A stretch of 11,053 nt of DNA from the IMG/VR virus record IMGVR_UViG_2585427766_000020, positions 1-11,053 of that record, one strand, 5' to 3'. Position numbers and translations under genes: made by a program. Below the pieces are notes generated by a model. The model saw nothing but the letters and a program-made list of their open reading frames with translations. It was not told where the DNA came from and did no database searches. Below are positions 7,077 to 11,053 of this stretch, piece by piece. Position 1 is the stretch's first letter; every line of letters starts with the position of its first letter. Source of the stretch: a virus (Duplodnaviria; Heunggongvirae; Uroviricota; Caudoviricetes).

Positions 7077-7346
7077 ATGAAATCCACCACAGGTATCAAC
7101 CAGCAAATCAGCAAAGTGCAGTCAGCCATTATGGCGCTTAAGGCGACGAACACGGATGTACAAAGCATCACCATCAGGGGGAACAAACCTGTCATCCGCG
7201 TTTCCCGGAGTGCGCATTGCATGCGCATGCTTGAGCAGGGAAAGGCCTGTTATCTGTATACCGGACATGACCACAGGGGATATTTCCGTCAGGGCGTTTT
7301 CGAACTGCACGGCTGTCGCGTCGTGTGGCCGGAATCTTTGTGGTAA
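7077..7346 (+). CDS. Hypothetical early protein (89 aa)
   Basis: Intact ORF 2 nt after the B-like stop, same strand and operon. No family recognised. Confidence 0.5.
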   Translation: MKSTTGINQQISKVQSAIMALKATNTDVQSITIRGNKPVIRVSRSAHCMRMLEQGKACYLYTGHDHRGYFRQGVFELHGCRVVWPESLW

Positions 7347-7373
7347 TCAGCACAACCGGAGAAATCATAAAAA

Positions 7374-7904
7374 ATGGCAAAAAGTACAAAAGGTGCAAAA
7401 CGTATCAAGGCCGCAGCAGCACTCTGGGTGCCGGGGACACGTGAAGAGGTCATTGAGGGCATCAGACTGCTCGGTGACGCACACCGTGAACTGGTCAGGG
7501 CTGAAACAGAAATGAATGACGCCATTGGCGATATCACCGCACGTTATGCCCCGCTCACCGAGAGCCTGAAAAAACGCATGGCCGAACTGCAGTCCGGTAT
7601 TCAGACATGGTGTGAGGCACACCGTGATGAACTGACCGGCAACGGGAAGGTGAAGTTCGCTAACCTCACCACCGGCGAGGTGCAGTGGCGAAACCGTCCG
7701 CCATCAGTCAGTATCCGTGGGGCGGATAATGTTATTGAATTACTGAGACGTCTGGGGCTTGAGCGCTTTATCCGTGTAAAGGAGGAAATAAATAAAGACG
7801 CTATCCTGAATGAAAAGGACGCCGTGAAAAATATTCCCGGTATTACCATAAAAAGTGATATTGAGGATTTTTCAATAATTCCTTTTGAGCAGGATGTGCA
7901 GTAA
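7374..7904 (+). CDS. gam: Host-nuclease inhibitor protein Gam (Mu Gam family; binds DNA ends, protects against RecBCD)
   Basis: 176 aa. Blocks ETEMNDAI, WCEA.RDELT, PPSVSIRG and GIT.KS.IEDFSIIPFEQ match Mu Gam (174 aa) as I remember it. Confidence 0.9.
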   Translation: MAKSTKGAKRIKAAAALWVPGTREEVIEGIRLLGDAHRELVRAETEMNDAIGDITARYAPLTESLKKRMAELQSGIQTWCEAHRDELTGNGKVKFANLTTGEVQWRNRPPSVSIRGADNVIELLRRLGLERFIRVKEEINKDAILNEKDAVKNIPGITIKSDIEDFSIIPFEQDVQ

Positions 7905-8001
7905 ACACACCACGTTAATTATTTAATAAAAACATTTTCTTTTTTATTCCGGCGTCAGCGCCGTGGGCTTCTGCACGCCGGAAACAGAGGAGAATTAAAT
8001 T

Positions 8002-8196
8002 ATGATATTTAAATGTATTCAGTGCGAGAGGGATATAACAGCCCTGCGTTTTCACAGCGCCATCGCCGTGATGTCCGGTAAATACCACATCCCTGCGGTA
8101 CGCGTCACCCTGGTCTGCCCGTACTGCAGCCAGCATTTTTCGGCAGACGTGCCCGTCATGGAATTCTCCCGCCCTGACAGGGAGGACTCGCAATGA
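8002..8196 (+). CDS. Small zinc-ribbon-like protein (64 aa), hypothetical
   Basis: Two CxxC pairs (CIQC...CPYC). SD GAGGAG at 7987-7992. Stop overlaps the next start. Confidence 0.5.
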   Translation: MIFKCIQCERDITALRFHSAIAVMSGKYHIPAVRVTLVCPYCSQHFSADVPVMEFSRPDREDSQ

Positions 8197-8465
8197 TTAC
8201 CCCACAGGAAGCACGACAGCGCACCCGAACCCTTGTTGAACACTATGTCAACGAGTGTGAATGCCGCGACCTCACCGATGTGAAGCACGTCCTGACGGCG
8301 CTAATCAGCATGACCGCTCAGGCCATTGTGGCGACCAACGGAAAGGCGGCTGCCCTGCAGGTACTGGTGAACACACTAACCCACACGGCAGCGCATGAGG
8401 TGCCGTACCGGATGGAAACCACTGCAGAAGGCGGTCTGCACATCACCGTCAGCCGGAATCACTGA
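8193..8465 (+). CDS. Hypothetical protein (90 aa)
   Basis: ATGA start/stop overlap with the upstream gene; GC-rich coding-like composition. No family recognised. Confidence 0.5.
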   Translation: MITPQEARQRTRTLVEHYVNECECRDLTDVKHVLTALISMTAQAIVATNGKAAALQVLVNTLTHTAAHEVPYRMETTAEGGLHITVSRNH

Positions 8466-8474
8466 GGGCGCAGC

Positions 8475-8780
8475 ATGACACGGTACACCATACTCACCCG
8501 CACCGCCCTCTACCGTCTGGCCCTGCAGCGTTTCGGGCCGGACGCACAGGCCCTGAAACTGACAGAAGAGGCCGCTGAACTGGCAGCCTGTGCTGCCCGC
8601 AACCTGAACGGACAGGGCAGTGAAAGTGACCTCGCGGCAGAGCTGGCAGACGTGGAAATCATGACAGAGCAGTTGCGCCTTCAGGGGATGGACCGGCTGA
8701 TTGACTTCCACAAACAGAAAAAACTGGAACGCCTTGCCGCACGGCTGGGCGTCATGTACACCGGAGATACTGAACAATGA
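8475..8780 (+). CDS. MazG-like nucleotide pyrophosphohydrolase family protein (101 aa)
   Basis: LKLTEEAAELAACAARNL...ESDLAAELADVEIM resembles the EExxE / ELADV helical signature of small MazG-like all-alpha NTP pyrophosphatases. Assignment from motif pattern only. Confidence 0.6.
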   Translation: MTRYTILTRTALYRLALQRFGPDAQALKLTEEAAELAACAARNLNGQGSESDLAAELADVEIMTEQLRLQGMDRLIDFHKQKKLERLAARLGVMYTGDTEQ

Positions 8781-9460
8781 CAGACTTGGATAAACACATT
8801 GAAAAACTGAAAAAGTTGCTGGCGCTGGCAGCATCCGGCAACCCGTATGAGGCTGCTCTGGCACTGCGCCGCGCCCGTAAACTGATGGATGTTCACGGCA
8901 TCACACATTCCGACATTGCCATGAGTGATATTGATGAAACCATCAGTCATTACTGGCCGACAGGCAGTCTCCGTCCACCGCGCTACATGCTGGGCCTGAT
9001 GAACATCATCCGCGAGGCATTTGGTGTTAACTCCATAATTCACCCCGGCACATATCCGGGTGTGGGGTTCTACGGCAACCGGGAACGGGCCGCACTGGCT
9101 GCGTACACCTGGGAAGTGCTGGCCCGCCAGCTGAAAAAGGCGCGTCAGCAGTATATCAGCGCACAGAACAAAAGAATAAAAACTGCCACCCGTACCAGCC
9201 GTGGTGACCAGTTTGCTGAAGGCTGGGTGCTGGCCGTTATCAGTGAAATACAGTCCTTCGCCCTGACCGATGACGAACGTGAACTGATGCAGCAGTGGCT
9301 GGAACATAAATACCCGCAGACGCAAACCACCAGGGCGCGTAAACCGGGAAGAAGCCGCAATGGCGACGCCTCGCGCTATGCGGGGTTTCGTGAAGGGCAG
9401 AACGTCAGACTGCACCGCCCGGTCAGTGGGCAGGAACAACAGAAACTGGAGGCCAGATGA
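8777..9460 (+). CDS. DUF2786-like phage protein (227 aa)
   Basis: N-terminal IEKLKKLLALAASGNPYEAALALRRARKLM is the characteristic DUF2786 motif, common in Mu-like and other phages. ATGA overlap with the upstream stop. Confidence 0.65.
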   Translation: MTDLDKHIEKLKKLLALAASGNPYEAALALRRARKLMDVHGITHSDIAMSDIDETISHYWPTGSLRPPRYMLGLMNIIREAFGVNSIIHPGTYPGVGFYGNRERAALAAYTWEVLARQLKKARQQYISAQNKRIKTATRTSRGDQFAEGWVLAVISEIQSFALTDDERELMQQWLEHKYPQTQTTRARKPGRSRNGDASRYAGFREGQNVRLHRPVSGQEQQKLEAR

Positions 9461-9687
9461 TTACGCTATCAGGTAACAGCCGGAAATTAAAAGCCTGCCG
9501 AATATCTGCCAGATACCTTTTTGCCCGCGCCTTTTTTAAGAACGTAAGGCCGGGGATCACAATTGGTGTTATTGCCGGACGCGAACAGGTTGAAAAATAC
9601 ATGTCAGGTGCATGGTGGAATAACGACCCTGTCATTGCTGCCCGTAATATTCATATCAGTTGGGGGGATATTCAGAATGACGGCTGA
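9457..9687 (+). CDS. Hypothetical protein (76 aa)
   Basis: ATGA overlap with upstream gene; in-operon ORF. Confidence 0.45.
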   Translation: MITLSGNSRKLKACRISARYLFARAFFKNVRPGITIGVIAGREQVEKYMSGAWWNNDPVIAARNIHISWGDIQNDG

Positions 9688-9892
9688 ATCTGTTGTATGT
9701 GCCCTGTTCTGGTATTGTTTTGTCGGTTGGTGTACTGCTGAACTGCACCGCCGTTCAGGGTTTTATTCACGTTACAGTGGTGCCGGCTACTGGATTAGCT
9801 GGTCGGTGATGTTCCTGTGCTGGCCTGTGGCGCTTCCTTTATATGTCGATTATATCGGTGGCGCAGGTAAAAGGAGCAACGATGATGACTAA
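9677..9892 (+). CDS. Small membrane protein with two predicted transmembrane segments (about 71 aa)
   Basis: Internal ATG at 9677 of the 9563-9892 ORF chosen to minimise overlap. Hydrophobic stretches VVCALFWYCFVGWC and YWISWSVMFLCWPVALPLYV. Confidence 0.45.
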   Translation: MTAESVVCALFWYCFVGWCTAELHRRSGFYSRYSGAGYWISWSVMFLCWPVALPLYVDYIGGAGKRSNDDD

Positions 9893-10334
9893 ACAACGTC
9901 TTATCCAGCTCATTCATATTGCCCGTAATGAACTGGGTATGGATGAAGACACCTACCGCCAGATGTTACAGGGGCTGACCGGTAAAGCCTCAACCAAAGG
10001 AATGGATACCACACAACTAAACTGCGTGCTGGAATCCATGAAAAGGAAAGGCTTTCGCGTTAAGCCTGCCAGAAAAGCCAGCTCCGGTTTACCGCTGGAT
10101 AACCATCCGCAGTCCAGGAAAATCCGTGCGCTATGGCTTGAAATGGCTGCTGCCGGCATTGTTCGTGACCGTTCAGAAAATGCATTAGCGCGGTGGATCA
10201 AGCGGGAAACGGGCATCAGCGCCCTGCGCTGGCTCAATACTGAACAGGCAAGCAGTGTTATTGAGAAACTGAAGAAGTGGCAGCACAGAGCTGCGGGAGT
10301 AAAACATGAGCGACCTGAATCAGTTTCGAAGTAA
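9882..10334 (+). CDS. gemA: GemA/gp16-like protein (Mu-like prophage gp16 family, DUF1018)
   Basis: SD AAGGAG at 9871-9876, ATG 9882. RLIQLIHIARNELGMDEDTYRQMLQGLTGKAS matches the remembered N-terminal signature of the Mu gp16/GemA family. Sits immediately upstream of mor as in Mu. Confidence 0.7.
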   Translation: MMTKQRLIQLIHIARNELGMDEDTYRQMLQGLTGKASTKGMDTTQLNCVLESMKRKGFRVKPARKASSGLPLDNHPQSRKIRALWLEMAAAGIVRDRSENALARWIKRETGISALRWLNTEQASSVIEKLKKWQHRAAGVKHERPESVSK

Positions 10335-10695
10335 AGGGCCGGAACTCCTGGTGGAACTGGCACAGCATACCTCTGAGACCGTTCGCGAGATTATTGATAT
10401 TGAGCCCGCAATTGCCGACCAGATTGGTCAGGCCGTCGCGAACCGCATGATGCAGGTCTGGGGCGGGCAAAACGTTTATTTCCCGATGGGCATGGTATGG
10501 AAGGTCAGTCAGCGCGACCGGGAAATCTTCAGGGAGTTTAACGGACGTAACCACCATGAACTGGCCCGCAAATTTGGTGTTTCGCTTCAGTGGGTCTACA
10601 GCGTGGTTAAGCGGGTAAGAAAAGAAGAACTGGATCGGATGCAGGGCAAGCTATTTGCTGATGAACCCGATGTAGATACGGAGAAAAAAGAGTAA
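10306..10695 (+). CDS. mor: Middle operon regulator Mor (Mor/C family transcription activator), 129 aa
   Basis: Same length as Mu Mor. VYFP and FNGRNHHELARKFGVSLQWVYSVVKRVRK match the Mor/C-family conserved FNGRN...Y and HTH region. Overlaps the gemA-like 3' end by 29 nt. Confidence 0.85.
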   Translation: MSDLNQFRSKGPELLVELAQHTSETVREIIDIEPAIADQIGQAVANRMMQVWGGQNVYFPMGMVWKVSQRDREIFREFNGRNHHELARKFGVSLQWVYSVVKRVRKEELDRMQGKLFADEPDVDTEKKE

Positions 10696-10724
10696 TATCT
10701 GCAATCAGGCTGGAGCGAGTTCTG

Positions 10725-11053
<329 letters not shown>

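Noticed and set aside
7949-7981. Inverted repeat CCGGCGT-N19-ACGCCGG as a terminator downstream of gam
   Set aside because: The loop is too long and there is no U-run after the stem on either strand; kept only as a possible regulatory site.

Overview
The window reads as an Escherichia/Shigella-type accessory region (host assignment rests on my recollection of IS1 and dkgA sequences) with four parts. (1) Positions 1-328 are the terminal part of an IS1 copy, with insA reading leftward out of the window and the 23-bp terminal inverted repeat at 306-328. (2) Positions 302-2106 hold an AT-rich leftward two-gene operon: a full-length homolog of the nucleoid-associated protein YejK/NdpA (1099-2106) and an unknown partner (302-1096) whose 3' end is cut by the IS1, so its last 8 codons and stop come from the IS1 repeat. 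(3) Positions 2177-10695 are the early region of a Mu-like transposable phage: leftward XRE/CI-type repressor, divergent switch region, Cro/Ner-like gene, winged-HTH gene, 303-aa coiled-coil protein, DDE transposase (A-like), AAA+ ATPase (B-like), Gam, small accessory genes including a MazG-like and a DUF2786-like protein, GemA-like and Mor. (4) The element appears to end about 160 bp after mor (around 10856, ending ...CA) directly against the first 66 codons of host dkgA (minus strand, start codon at the window's right edge), which is thereby disrupted. No C/lys/late genes, tRNA, rRNA or CRISPR array is present. The best candidate for an undescribed system is the repressor-linked, low-GC YejK-like + partner operon, which sits where lambda rexAB-type exclusion modules sit and appears inactivated by IS1 in this copy. 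All homology statements are from reading the translations against remembered family sequences; no database search was run.
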